Assembly: GCA_050950145.1 (NCBI GenBank)
Contig: JBMNHB010000001.1
Location: forward strand, 140,266 to 204,265
Origin: Candidatus Dojkabacteria bacterium
GTDB lineage: Bacteria; Patescibacteriota; Dojkabacteria; SC72
Direction: 5' to 3'
Length of the DNA stretch: 64,000 nucleotides
Position 1 is the first letter of the stretch. Every line of letters begins with the position of its first letter. The notes below the pieces were generated by a model that had not been told where the DNA came from, ran no database searches, and saw only the letters and a program-made list of their open reading frames with translations. The position numbers and the translations under genes were made by a program. Shown piece by piece: positions 55,179 through 64,000 of the stretch.

Positions 55179-57443
55179 ATGAGTAATTATGCTTATGCTC
55201 TCGTTGTTGTAGGTTTTGTCAATGTCCTTTTTGGTATATATATATTAACAACGGCAAAAAAAGCTCAATCTGTTCGATTCTTAGCACTTAGTTTTATTTT
55301 TGTAGGGCTTTGGGGAATAGGTTTGGCTGGATTCTTAAGTGCTAAAGTTGAATTAAGTGCTCTAGTATGGGCAAAATTTCATTATGTTGCTTCTATATAT
55401 GTTATTTATTTTGTACTTCTCTTTGTACTTTCATTAACAAGGGATGATAGGGTGAGATTATCTACTATGCTTCTTTTACATATACCTATTTTCATTTTAT
55501 CCTGTGCTGTAATCTTCTCTGATAAGCTTATTATTACAGGTATTAGTATTGAAAGTACAGGAAATGTTGCACTACTAAATAAAATAGGACACAGAACTTA
55601 TGGTGTGGTTTTTATTATTTATTATGTTGCTGCTTTAGTTATAAACTTGATTAGTACTATCAAGTCGCATGGTATTAGAAAAAATCAATTGCTATTAATT
55701 TTCATTGGATTGCTTTTAACAGGTGTCTTGTCTGGAACATTTAATCTTCTTCTCCCAATTGTAGGAAACTATAAACTAATTTGGATAGGCCCTTTGTTTA
55801 CAATTGTTTTTCTGGGATTAATGTTTTTGGCTATTGTTAAGTATCAACTATTTAATATTCGTCTTTTAGCTGGGAAAATAATATATATTTTTTGTAGTGC
55901 CGCATTAATCTATATTTCTTTCTTATTTTTTTTCAATGTTCACAATACAGTATTTCTAAGTAGTACCACATGGGAAGCGATCATTTTTGGTATTATTGTC
56001 TCAATCCTTTTTACATTGATATATGATAGGTTCCGAAATGTTTTGCAGAAGAACATCTCTTCTGGAATTATAAACTTAGGTTTTGAATCTAGTAAGTATA
56101 TTGATAAATTTACTGATAGCTTGGGAAATATAATTACAGAGAATGATGTATTAGAGGCGTTACATAGTATTATTAAGGAGACTATTAATCCGATATACTT
56201 TTCCGTTATAGTTAAGAGAGAATCAGAGATTATAAATAAACAATATACTGGTAACAAAGTTTTTGATGCTACTAAGATTTTTAAGATTGTAGATTCTTCC
56301 CTTTTTCGTGGTAAAACGAGTATTTCATTAGGAGAGATAATTGGTATTTTTCAAATGGATGATTCGGAGTATAAATCTAAATATTACGAATTTATCAATC
56401 TGCTTGAAGTGAATGATTTGTATCTATTAATACCTGTGTATTATGCTGGTGAATTAATTTCCATTTTGGTTCTGGGTAAAAGGGATTTGAATAGTACAAT
56501 GTATATCCAAGAGGAGATAACTTTTCTTCAGTCGTTAGCATCATTGACAGGGGCATCTTTAGTAAGGGCTAGTTTGTATGAACAAGTACTGGAATTTAAT
56601 AAAACATTAGAACAAAAAGTAAACGAACAAACCCAAGAACTTCAACAAAAGGTATTAGAATTAGAAGAAGCTAGAAGAAAAGAAAGAGATATGATAGATA
56701 TCATGGGTCATGAATTAAGAACACCAGCTACAATAGTAAAACTAAATGCAGAACTATTAGAAAAATATATAGAGAGTAATCCTAAAGATTTCAAAAAATA
56801 TTTAGATAGGATAAAGAATAGTATTGAGAATGAAATAAGGTTGATAGATACATTACTTTCTAGTGCTAAATTAGAAGGTCAAAAAGTAGAAATGAACAAG
56901 GAGAGAGTTTCTGTTCCTGAACAGATAGAGGTAGTATTACATGGTTATGAATATGAAGCAGAAGCAAAAGGACTAAAAATAATCTCTGATATAGATGAAG
57001 ATACTAAAGATGTATATGCAGATGAAGTAAGAGTAGGGGAAATATTAGATAATCTAGTTAGTAATGCGATTAAATATACAGATGAAGGATCTATAATTGT
57101 AAAAACAGAAAGTACAGATGACCATGTAAAAGTAAGTGTTATTGACACAGGAAAAGGTATTCCTGAAGAAGAGATACCGAAATTAGGAACAAAGTTCCAT
57201 AGGATTGAGCACTATATATCAGGTGAAGATGGTTTTAATATTGTAAGACCAGGAGGTACAGGTTTAGGCTTGTATGTAGTCTATGCTTTAGTTGAAATGA
57301 TGGGAGGTAAGATATGGGTAGATACCGAGGTGGACAAAGGTACCACATTTTCATTTACACTACCTGTATACAAAGGTCAGAGAGAAGATATTGTTTCTAC
57401 TAACAGTAAAAATATGTTTGATAAATTTGGTTTGAAAAAGTAA
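55179..57443 (+). CDS. Sensor histidine kinase with an N-terminal multi-TM (7TM-like) sensor domain
   Basis: HisKA H-box (MGHELRTPAT), N-box (LDNLVSNAIKYT) and G-boxes (DTGKGIP, GGTGLGL). No response regulator gene in the window. Confidence 0.85.
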   Translation: MSNYAYALVVVGFVNVLFGIYILTTAKKAQSVRFLALSFIFVGLWGIGLAGFLSAKVELSALVWAKFHYVASIYVIYFVLLFVLSLTRDDRVRLSTMLLLHIPIFILSCAVIFSDKLIITGISIESTGNVALLNKIGHRTYGVVFIIYYVAALVINLISTIKSHGIRKNQLLLIFIGLLLTGVLSGTFNLLLPIVGNYKLIWIGPLFTIVFLGLMFLAIVKYQLFNIRLLAGKIIYIFCSAALIYISFLFFFNVHNTVFLSSTTWEAIIFGIIVSILFTLIYDRFRNVLQKNISSGIINLGFESSKYIDKFTDSLGNIITENDVLEALHSIIKETINPIYFSVIVKRESEIINKQYTGNKVFDATKIFKIVDSSLFRGKTSISLGEIIGIFQMDDSEYKSKYYEFINLLEVNDLYLLIPVYYAGELISILVLGKRDLNSTMYIQEEITFLQSLASLTGASLVRASLYEQVLEFNKTLEQKVNEQTQELQQKVLELEEARRKERDMIDIMGHELRTPATIVKLNAELLEKYIESNPKDFKKYLDRIKNSIENEIRLIDTLLSSAKLEGQKVEMNKERVSVPEQIEVVLHGYEYEAEAKGLKIISDIDEDTKDVYADEVRVGEILDNLVSNAIKYTDEGSIIVKTESTDDHVKVSVIDTGKGIPEEEIPKLGTKFHRIEHYISGEDGFNIVRPGGTGLGLYVVYALVEMMGGKIWVDTEVDKGTTFSFTLPVYKGQREDIVSTNSKNMFDKFGLKK

Positions 57444-57488
57444 TTACTAGGTAGTATCCTTATCTATATAACTTTATAAATTACTCAA

Positions 57489-57695
57489 ATGAAAGTAAAA
57501 ATAGATCATGAGAAATGCATAATGTGTGGATCATGTGTAGCCGTATGTCCAGAGGTTTTTGAAATGAAAGATGATGGCACTGTAGAAGTAAAAAATGAAT
57601 ATAAGGATAAAGATATTCAGGATTCTGCACTAATTGAAAAAATTAAACAAGCTCAAGCAGCATGTCCTGCAACAGCTATTGTTACTGAAGAGTAA
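57489..57695 (+). CDS. Ferredoxin (single [4Fe-4S] cluster type)
   Basis: CIMCGSCVAVCPEVF plus a distal Cys (ACPATAI); 68 aa. Confidence 0.75.
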   Translation: MKVKIDHEKCIMCGSCVAVCPEVFEMKDDGTVEVKNEYKDKDIQDSALIEKIKQAQAACPATAIVTEE

Positions 57696-58589
57696 TTACT
57701 GTTTAAAATATTCTAAAATTTCAGGGATTAACTCTGTATCTACATCCCAATGTCCCTTACCATCAATTGTTACCAAGGTAACTTCTTTTCCATGGGCTTT
57801 AAGCCTTGCTATAAAGCTGGTAGTTAGAGAGTAGGGGACATTAACATCCTTATTTCCGTGCCAGATATGTATAGGGATATTCCTAATATTCTCTACTCTT
57901 GTGGAATTCCAAGTTGTAGCGTATGTAGTTGGTGCTAACAGAGCAATTTTAACAATACCACCAGGATATTTCTCTGCAAAATTCATAGTAGGTAATCCTC
58001 CCATACTAAATCCAATTAAATATACCTTATCAGATGTCGTAAAATTAGACTTAATATATTCAACTAATTTTCTTGTATCCTCTATAGCTGCAACATTCCC
58101 CCAGTTATCTCCATGTTGATTAGAAGCTGCAAGAATATATCCTTCCTTTACAAATGTATCAGCATATACCCTTAGATCTTTTAATAATTGATTATTAGGA
58201 TCTTGTGTTACAGAATATGTTGAACCGTGACTGTATATTACTATTGGGAAGTCTTTTTTCTTTTCAAACTTAGAATCAATTGCAATATATGCTAGCTGTC
58301 CATCAATAGTTTCAAATATCTCATGAACTTCAATAGGTTCTTCAGGTTCTACAACAACCTCCTCCTTTACTTCTTCCTTTTGCTCATTATTAATAGTATC
58401 TACAACCTCTTCTTTTTGAGTGAGTTTTTTGTAAAGAAAAATACCGATTAAAATCAGTAGAATCAAAAAAAGAGGAAGAAGAAAAAGTCTTTTTGGAGAT
58501 GATTTTCTCACATCTTTTTGTTTTAGAGAGTATTCCATTTTACTGTTATTTATTGTATAATATAAGGTATAGTAACAAATTGTTCGCAC
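57696..58589 (-). CDS. Alpha/beta hydrolase (esterase/peptidase) with an N-terminal TM
   Basis: GFSMGG nucleophile elbow, late D and H (GHWD). Confidence 0.7.
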   Translation of the reverse strand: MRTICYYTLYYTINNSKMEYSLKQKDVRKSSPKRLFLLPLFLILLILIGIFLYKKLTQKEEVVDTINNEQKEEVKEEVVVEPEEPIEVHEIFETIDGQLAYIAIDSKFEKKKDFPIVIYSHGSTYSVTQDPNNQLLKDLRVYADTFVKEGYILAASNQHGDNWGNVAAIEDTRKLVEYIKSNFTTSDKVYLIGFSMGGLPTMNFAEKYPGGIVKIALLAPTTYATTWNSTRVENIRNIPIHIWHGNKDVNVPYSLTTSFIARLKAHGKEVTLVTIDGKGHWDVDTELIPEILEYFKQ

Positions 58590-58621
58590 AATATTGTATT
58601 TAATATTTTACATGTAAAGTT

Positions 58622-59383
58622 ATGGCAAAAGCAAAAAAAGCTTTAGAAAAGAATGAAGTGATAGAAATTAATCTTGATTCTTTTGCAGTTCCAATAGCAA
58701 TAGTTGTTGCAGGTATTATAATTGCACTTGCAATATTTTTCGTTAATAAGGGTTCTAATGCAGAGGTTGAAGGTACACAATCGGCACCATCTGTACAAGG
58801 ACAGCAAGAACAAACCCAAAATGAAGATGCAGAAGTTACTGTATCAATAGGAGATTCTCTAACAATTGGAGATAGAAATAAGGCTAAGATTGCTATCGTA
58901 GAGTATAGTAATTTCGGTTGTGGTTACTGTCAAAGACATGCAATTGAGACATATCCAGAGATTAAGAGTAAATATATAGATAGTGGAGAAGTATTGTATG
59001 TGTTTAAGAATCTTCCTTTTAGTGAAGAAGGTACTGCATATAATTCAGCTTTAGCATTGCACTGTGTTGGAAAACTAGCAGATGCAGATAAAGCTGTAGA
59101 ATTTCATAGCAAAGCTTTTGATTTCGCAACAGATGAGGATATAAAGAATGCTGTAGTTGCACTTGGAGTTAATGCTGGAAAATATGATGCTTGTATGGCC
59201 AATCCTGATACTAAATCAGCTATTGCAGCAGAAAGAGATGAGGGTAGTGGTGTAGGTATTACAGGAACACCAGGATTTGTAGTAGGAAAGATAGATAAGG
59301 ATGGTAAAGTTACAGGTCCAATCATTAGAGGTGCATATCCACTCTCTACATTTGAAGCTACAATTAAAAAGTTATCAAAATAG
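58622..59383 (+). CDS. DsbA-family thiol:disulfide oxidoreductase, membrane-anchored
   Basis: N-terminal TM and a thioredoxin-fold CGYC active site. Confidence 0.8.
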   Translation: MAKAKKALEKNEVIEINLDSFAVPIAIVVAGIIIALAIFFVNKGSNAEVEGTQSAPSVQGQQEQTQNEDAEVTVSIGDSLTIGDRNKAKIAIVEYSNFGCGYCQRHAIETYPEIKSKYIDSGEVLYVFKNLPFSEEGTAYNSALALHCVGKLADADKAVEFHSKAFDFATDEDIKNAVVALGVNAGKYDACMANPDTKSAIAAERDEGSGVGITGTPGFVVGKIDKDGKVTGPIIRGAYPLSTFEATIKKLSK

Positions 59384-59403
59384 ATATATATTCTTAGTTA
59401 ATG

Positions 59404-59433
59404 AAAAGGGAGGTATTTCTACCTCCCTTTTTT
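59404..59433. terminator. Bidirectional rho-independent terminator between convergent genes
   Basis: AAAA, then stem GGGAGGTA / TACCTCCC (8 bp) with a TTTC loop, then TTTTTTG. Confidence 0.6.
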
Positions 59434-59458
59434 GTATCAACCCTTAGATCTCTTCTAA

Positions 59459-60625
59459 CTATTTCTTTTTGTCCTTCTTAATTATAGCTAAGTTTTGTTT
59501 ATCAAAGAAATCCTTTTTCATTCTTACAAATGCACCTAGTGCAACGGATGTTACAACGAAGCTATATAGTCCTCCAATAAAAGGTATTAACTTAACAATG
59601 GTAGTAACAACTCTACCAATTAAGAAAGACTTAAATGGTCTATAATCTTTAATCTTAAAAAGTCTTAATATTTCTCTACCGATTGCTAGCTCAACCCATA
59701 CACCTCCAAATATTATTGTGAAGATTAAAAATGCTGTAAGTATCCCTGCTAATGGAATACCGACTACAGAGATTAAAAGGAAGATAATTGGAATCCATGC
59801 AAAGAATAGAACAGCTAGACCAATTCCAAAGCTCTTTAGTAATTCCTCTGTAGATGTATTTATCTTCTTTAGTACTAAGCCTGTCTTAACAGGAGCCATA
59901 AAGATTAGGAATGCTCCTGCAATTAACATACTTGTAAATCCTATTATTACATTATTTATTTTTACTCCCCATGTTACTTCCTTTGGTATCCATTCCTTCT
60001 CTTCTTTATCAATCTCAACTCCTTGGCTTTTTGCAATCTTTTCTATTTCCTTTGCATCATAAATCTTACTACCTACTTTTGTTTCATCAATATTGTATTG
60101 TTGTGCAAGCATAATAACATCTCCCCTTACATTGCCTTTTACATTGGAAGTAGATGCAAAGACTCTTAAATCATCTCCCACATCTCCTGATAGATTATTA
60201 TCTGCAGTAAATACAATTAAATCCTTACCTGTAAAACCAGAGTGTATTATTGAAGATGCAAAGAGTGTTGCATTGTCTGAAACAACTCCTTCTATTTGTG
60301 CTTTGTATGCAAAGAGAGTTAAGTTTCCTTGTATTTGAGTGTTTTCTCCTATGAGTATGTTCTCAGCAAAGACATATACATTACCTGCAACATATCCATT
60401 GAGTTGGAAATTCTTACCAAAGGAAACCAGATCTCCATTTATAGTACCATTAATCTTGGCAGTATCACCAAAGAGGTAGAGATCATCATTTACATTCTTT
60501 CCTGTTTGCAATGTATATTGCTCTTTGAAAGAAAATTCTGCAGCTTGACTTCTATTTGGGACTAAAACACCAAGCATCAATACTATTAGTATTGGCAGAG
60601 CTATTAAAGAAAATATTTTCTTCAT
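59459..60625 (-). CDS. Secreted/membrane protein with N-terminal beta-helix-like repeats and a C-terminal polytopic membrane domain
   Basis: Signal peptide; repeated G(D/N)(V/L)xxxG motifs (bactofilin/polymer-forming-like); 4-5 C-terminal TMs. Confidence 0.4.
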   Translation of the reverse strand: MKKIFSLIALPILIVLMLGVLVPNRSQAAEFSFKEQYTLQTGKNVNDDLYLFGDTAKINGTINGDLVSFGKNFQLNGYVAGNVYVFAENILIGENTQIQGNLTLFAYKAQIEGVVSDNATLFASSIIHSGFTGKDLIVFTADNNLSGDVGDDLRVFASTSNVKGNVRGDVIMLAQQYNIDETKVGSKIYDAKEIEKIAKSQGVEIDKEEKEWIPKEVTWGVKINNVIIGFTSMLIAGAFLIFMAPVKTGLVLKKINTSTEELLKSFGIGLAVLFFAWIPIIFLLISVVGIPLAGILTAFLIFTIIFGGVWVELAIGREILRLFKIKDYRPFKSFLIGRVVTTIVKLIPFIGGLYSFVVTSVALGAFVRMKKDFFDKQNLAIIKKDKKK

Positions 60626-60710
60626 ATATTAAATTATTTAAATTATATCTTCACATTTAATTGTAACAGAAATTACTGTCATCGTAAAACATTTTGTGTA
60701 TAATTGTGAA

Positions 60711-61562
60711 ATGAAAGTTGGAATAATAATTGTAAATTTTAATGGTAGGCATCTCTTAGAGAAGAACTTACTCTCTGTTGTAAATAATGGATACGAGGAT
60801 TTTGAGATTGTAATTGTAGATAATGCATCTATAGATGGTAGTGTTGAGTATCTTAAGAAAGAATTCCCCTCTGTGAAGGTAGTAAAAAGTAAAGAGAATT
60901 TAGGTTTTGGTAAGGGAAATAATCTAGGTGTTAAAGAGTATCCTGACTATGATGCATATCTCTTTCTGAATAATGATGTATCTGTTCCTAAGGGATTTTT
61001 GGATGACTTGGTGAAAGAGCTACGAAAGGAAAATGTAGGGGCAGTTGGTCCAAAGATTTTGTATTCTAAAGAAAAAGTAGGTAGCGAAAAGAGAATCATT
61101 AATTCTGCAGGGATATATGTAGATAGACACTACATGGCATATGATAGATACGATAAGGAGGAAGATAATCCTAAATACAGTGTAGTAGAGGAGATAGATG
61201 CTCTCATGGGAGGAGCATTTTTAGTTAAAAGAGAGGTTTTTGAAAAAGTAGGAGGCTTTAATCCAAATATGTTCTTGTACTATGAAGATATTGACCTTTC
61301 TCTTAGAATTAGGGATTTAGGATACAAACTACACTATGTTGGAACATCTGAGGTATATCATGACCATATGGCATCTTCTAAGAGTTTAGGTATGAGGAAA
61401 AGAAACATTATGAATATGCAGAATAGATTTAGAAGTATACAGAGTAGAAAAGGGATATGGGTGGCAATAAAAGAGACAATCTGGTATCTTTTTAATTGGT
61501 TAATGTGGAAAATGATATACTCTAAGAGAGTTACGCTAAAAGAATTTTTAAAGGAGAAATAA
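60711..61562 (+). CDS. Glycosyltransferase family 2
   Basis: GT-A fold motifs: IIIVNFNG, DFEIVIVDNASIDGS and a DxD-like region (FLNNDV). ATG at 60711 (MKVG) is favoured over 60696. Confidence 0.8.
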   Translation: MKVGIIIVNFNGRHLLEKNLLSVVNNGYEDFEIVIVDNASIDGSVEYLKKEFPSVKVVKSKENLGFGKGNNLGVKEYPDYDAYLFLNNDVSVPKGFLDDLVKELRKENVGAVGPKILYSKEKVGSEKRIINSAGIYVDRHYMAYDRYDKEEDNPKYSVVEEIDALMGGAFLVKREVFEKVGGFNPNMFLYYEDIDLSLRIRDLGYKLHYVGTSEVYHDHMASSKSLGMRKRNIMNMQNRFRSIQSRKGIWVAIKETIWYLFNWLMWKMIYSKRVTLKEFLKEK

Positions 61563-62335
61563 TGAACAAGAATGATTTAGATCTCTACAAACAATTTGTA
61601 AAAACAACTTTCAAGATGAGATACAAAGGTTCGCTCTTAGGTTTTTTCTGGGTTCTTCTTAAACCTTTCTTCATGTTTTTAATCCTCTTTATCATCTTCT
61701 CACACACATCATCATCTATTGGGGGTCTTACACAACAACAATACGCTGTGTATCTTCTCTCTGGATTAATAGTCTATACATTTTTTAATGAAGGTATGAT
61801 CTGGGGTATGGGCTCAATTATGGAGAGGGCTGAATTAATTGTAAAAATCAATTTTAAAAGAGATGTTGTAGTTGCTAGTTCTTTAAGTATGGCTCTCATT
61901 AACTTCTCAATTAATCTTTTGATTGTACTTGTGGTAGCATTATTATTAAAGATTAGTATCAGTCTAGTTGGCCTTGCATATATTTTTTTCATAGGTTTTG
62001 TCATGTTCCTCTCTCTTTATGGTGTCTCTTTCTTTACTAGTATCTGGCTTGTTCATGTTAGAGATCTTCAGCATATTATGGAACTTGTCTTACAACTTCT
62101 CTTCTATGCTAGTGCAGTATTCTTTCCAGTTGAAATGATTCCAGAAAATTACAGATTTATTGTTTACTACAACCCTGTTGCAAGATTTGTAAAAGCCGTA
62201 AGAGAAGCTTTAATATTTGGAGAAATCACAGATTTGAAATTTGTTCTCTTGGCTTTAACGGTATCGATTGTTTTAGTAGTTCTAGGAAGATTGTATTTTA
62301 GCAAACATATTAAAAAAGTAGCTGAGCATTTTTAA
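61562..62335 (+). CDS. ABC-2-type polysaccharide/teichoic acid export permease (Wzm/TagG-like)
   Basis: 6-TM permease immediately upstream of an ABC ATPase. FKMRYKGSLLGFFWVLLKP is a typical ABC-2 N-terminus. Confidence 0.8.
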   Translation: MNKNDLDLYKQFVKTTFKMRYKGSLLGFFWVLLKPFFMFLILFIIFSHTSSSIGGLTQQQYAVYLLSGLIVYTFFNEGMIWGMGSIMERAELIVKINFKRDVVVASSLSMALINFSINLLIVLVVALLLKISISLVGLAYIFFIGFVMFLSLYGVSFFTSIWLVHVRDLQHIMELVLQLLFYASAVFFPVEMIPENYRFIVYYNPVARFVKAVREALIFGEITDLKFVLLALTVSIVLVVLGRLYFSKHIKKVAEHF

Positions 62336-62339
62336 AAAT

Positions 62340-63074
62340 ATGGAAGAGAATATAGCGATTAAAGTAACAAATTTAACAAAGAAGTTTAGAATACCTGAGC
62401 ATGGTTCTCCTACAACCCTGCAAGAGAGGTTTGTAAATCCTTTTGCAAAGAAAAAGATGGTAGACTTTGTAGCTCTTAAAGATCTCTCTTTTGATGTTAA
62501 AAAGGGAGAATTCTTTAGTGTAATTGGTCCTAATGGTGCAGGTAAGTCCACACTACTAAAACTGATATCAGGTATTTACATTCCTGATGGAGGTACAATT
62601 GATGTTAATGGTAAGCTTGTTCCTTTCTTGGAGTTAGGTGTTGGTTTTAATCCAGATCTTAGTGCAAGAGAGAATATATATCTTAATGGTACGATTCTTG
62701 GTCTTACTGAGAAGGAAATTAATGAGAGTGTTGATGATATTTTTGATTTTGCTGAACTTAAGGAGTTTGAAGACCTTTCTATCAAAAAGTTTTCATCTGG
62801 TATGCAGGTTAGGTTAGCATTTTCAATTGCAATTAGAGTTAAGTCAGATATTTTAGTACTTGATGAGGTATTAGCTGTAGGAGATGGGGAGTTCCAGAAG
62901 AAGTGTTTTGCATATTTTGATGATATTGTTGGTAAGAAGACAATACTGTTTGTATCTCATGGATTGGATAGTGTAAGAAAGTATTCTGATAGGGTACTTT
63001 GGTTGAAAGAAGACAAGACATATGAGATAGGGGAGCCTAATGATATTGTTGATAGATATAGTGCTACCTTTTAA
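62340..63074 (+). CDS. ABC transporter ATP-binding protein (Wzt/TagH-like, short form)
   Basis: Walker A GPNGAGKST, signature FSSGMQVRLAF and Walker B ILVLDE. Confidence 0.9.
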   Translation: MEENIAIKVTNLTKKFRIPEHGSPTTLQERFVNPFAKKKMVDFVALKDLSFDVKKGEFFSVIGPNGAGKSTLLKLISGIYIPDGGTIDVNGKLVPFLELGVGFNPDLSARENIYLNGTILGLTEKEINESVDDIFDFAELKEFEDLSIKKFSSGMQVRLAFSIAIRVKSDILVLDEVLAVGDGEFQKKCFAYFDDIVGKKTILFVSHGLDSVRKYSDRVLWLKEDKTYEIGEPNDIVDRYSATF

Positions 63075-63092
63075 GAATTTTAATTACCATAT

Positions 63093-64000
63093 ATGAAGAT
63101 AACAGAACTGTTTCAAAGAATAGTTAGTAGAATACCAATATATTTCAAACAACTACTTACCTCTTTTAAAAAGAATGGTATTTTAAATACCCTCAAAAGA
63201 GTTTTTAAGAAAATTTGGAGGTTTGTAATAACTGGTGGAGATGGTTCTAAGTTGATGAGAATATCATATGGGGAGTGGATGGAGAATGTAGAAGGTAAGT
63301 ATCTCAATCAAGAATCAATGAAAAGTGATTTAAAAAGGCTTAAAGTTAATCCTAAGTTTTCAATAATATTCCCAGTGTGGAATAAGTCTGAGGAGATGTT
63401 ACAAGCTGCTTTGGATTCAATAACTTCACAGGTATATGATAATTGGGAGATATGTATATCCGATGGTTCTAGTAAGAATGTTAAAGAGACTAGAGATTTC
63501 CTTAAGAACTTTGCTAAGGAGTATGGTAAGAAGGTTAAGTTTTCTACAATTGATATAGAGGGAATTAATATAATTGAGAATAGTAATAATGCATTGAGTA
63601 TGGCAACTGGAGAATATGTTGTGTTCATGGATTGTGATGATGAGATATCTAGGAATTGTTTGTTAGAGTTAGCTAAAGGTATTGATAGACATCCTGAGGT
63701 TGAATTCATGTATAGTGATTTTGATAAGATTGATGAGAATGGTAAGAGATTTAATCCTTCTTTCTGGCCTGATTGGTCTCCTCATACGCTGACTTCACAG
63801 ATGTATACTACTCATGTTACTTGTTATCGTAGGGATGTAGTAGAGGAGTTAGGCGGGCTTATTAAGGGTACTGAGGGTGCACAGGATTGGGATTTAGTAA
63901 TGAGGTATGTTACGAGGGGTAATTGGAAGGTATTACATATACCTAAGATACTCTACCATTGGAGGGTATATCCAGGTTCTACTGCACTAGCTGGTAGTGG
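63093..64000 (+). CDS. Glycosyltransferase family 2 (3' end outside window)
   Basis: Manual translation MKITELFQRIV...FSIIFPVWNKSEEMLQAALDSITSQVYDNWEICISDGSS...VVFMDCDDE shows GT2 motifs. The ORF is open to the window end, and the minus-strand track ORFs here are spurious. Confidence 0.7.
   Translation, partial: MKITELFQRIVSRIPIYFKQLLTSFKKNGILNTLKRVFKKIWRFVITGGDGSKLMRISYGEWMENVEGKYLNQESMKSDLKRLKVNPKFSIIFPVWNKSEEMLQAALDSITSQVYDNWEICISDGSSKNVKETRDFLKNFAKEYGKKVKFSTIDIEGINIIENSNNALSMATGEYVVFMDCDDEISRNCLLELAKGIDRHPEVEFMYSDFDKIDENGKRFNPSFWPDWSPHTLTSQMYTTHVTCYRRDVVEELGGLIKGTEGAQDWDLVMRYVTRGNWKVLHIPKILYHWRVYPGSTALAGS

Noticed and set aside
1-64000. CRISPR arrays or other long tandem repeat arrays.
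   Set aside because: No regularly spaced direct repeats of 25-40 nt were seen anywhere. The only simple repeats are the TTTA tract and the Ser-codon repeat in the TPM gene tail.
1-64000. Alternative genetic code (code 25, UGA=Gly) as in some CPR lineages.
   Set aside because: Conserved genes end at TGA stops (e.g. the esterase at 8790-8792). Conserved proteins also read through cleanly with the standard code.

Overview
The window is AT-rich (about 33% GC), gene-dense, and uses the standard genetic code (TGA acts as a stop, e.g. at 8790-8792). Gene content points to a Candidate Phyla Radiation (Patescibacteria)-like bacterium, though this is inferred from content, not searched.

The first 13 kb is a fused S10-spc-alpha-type ribosomal protein superoperon, ordered L2(3' end)-S19-L22-S3-L16-S17-L14-L24-L5-S14(Zn)-S8-L6-L18-S5-L15-SecY-Adk-[alpha/beta hydrolase]-IF1-L36-S13-S11-S4-RpoA-L17-L13-S9. 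L30 and L29 are absent from their canonical slots, and map (methionine aminopeptidase) is replaced by an esterase. Several ribosomal proteins carry Lys-rich extensions.

Downstream of the operon are:
- Two hypothetical genes with sigma70-like promoters, then a reduced RNase P RNA at 14682-14984.
- fmt, queA and tgt; a RAYT/IS200-type Y1 transposase flanked by REP-like inverted repeats; rny and hup.
- A CAP-domain surface protein, an archaeal-type UMP kinase, two GreA paralogs, tRNA-Glu(CTC) and a LemA/TPM pair.
- A DNA glycosylase, and nrdR followed by an orphan radical-SAM gene whose promoter region contains a (TTTA)7 repeat.
- trmD, an archaeal-type glycyl-tRNA synthetase and two tandem paralogous HExxH proteins of unknown family.
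- An L,D-transpeptidase, lysS, a 1018-aa surface protein and membrane permease-like proteins.
- nrnA, serS, a 2H phosphoesterase and miaA.
- A minus-strand operon of membrane proteins, a wHTH/nucleotidyltransferase regulator and a DUF3048 protein.
- A HigB/HigA-like toxin-antitoxin pair, tRNA-Pro(GGG), an orphan sensor histidine kinase and a ferredoxin.
- A glycan-export cluster (GT2, Wzm/Wzt, GT2) running off the window end.

The most novel candidates are the tandem HExxH paralog pair (34141-35882), the nrdR-linked radical SAM gene with a tetranucleotide repeat in its promoter, and the RAYT/REP element in this genome type. Manually derived coordinates (RNAs, promoters, terminators, repeats) may be off by 1-2 nt.
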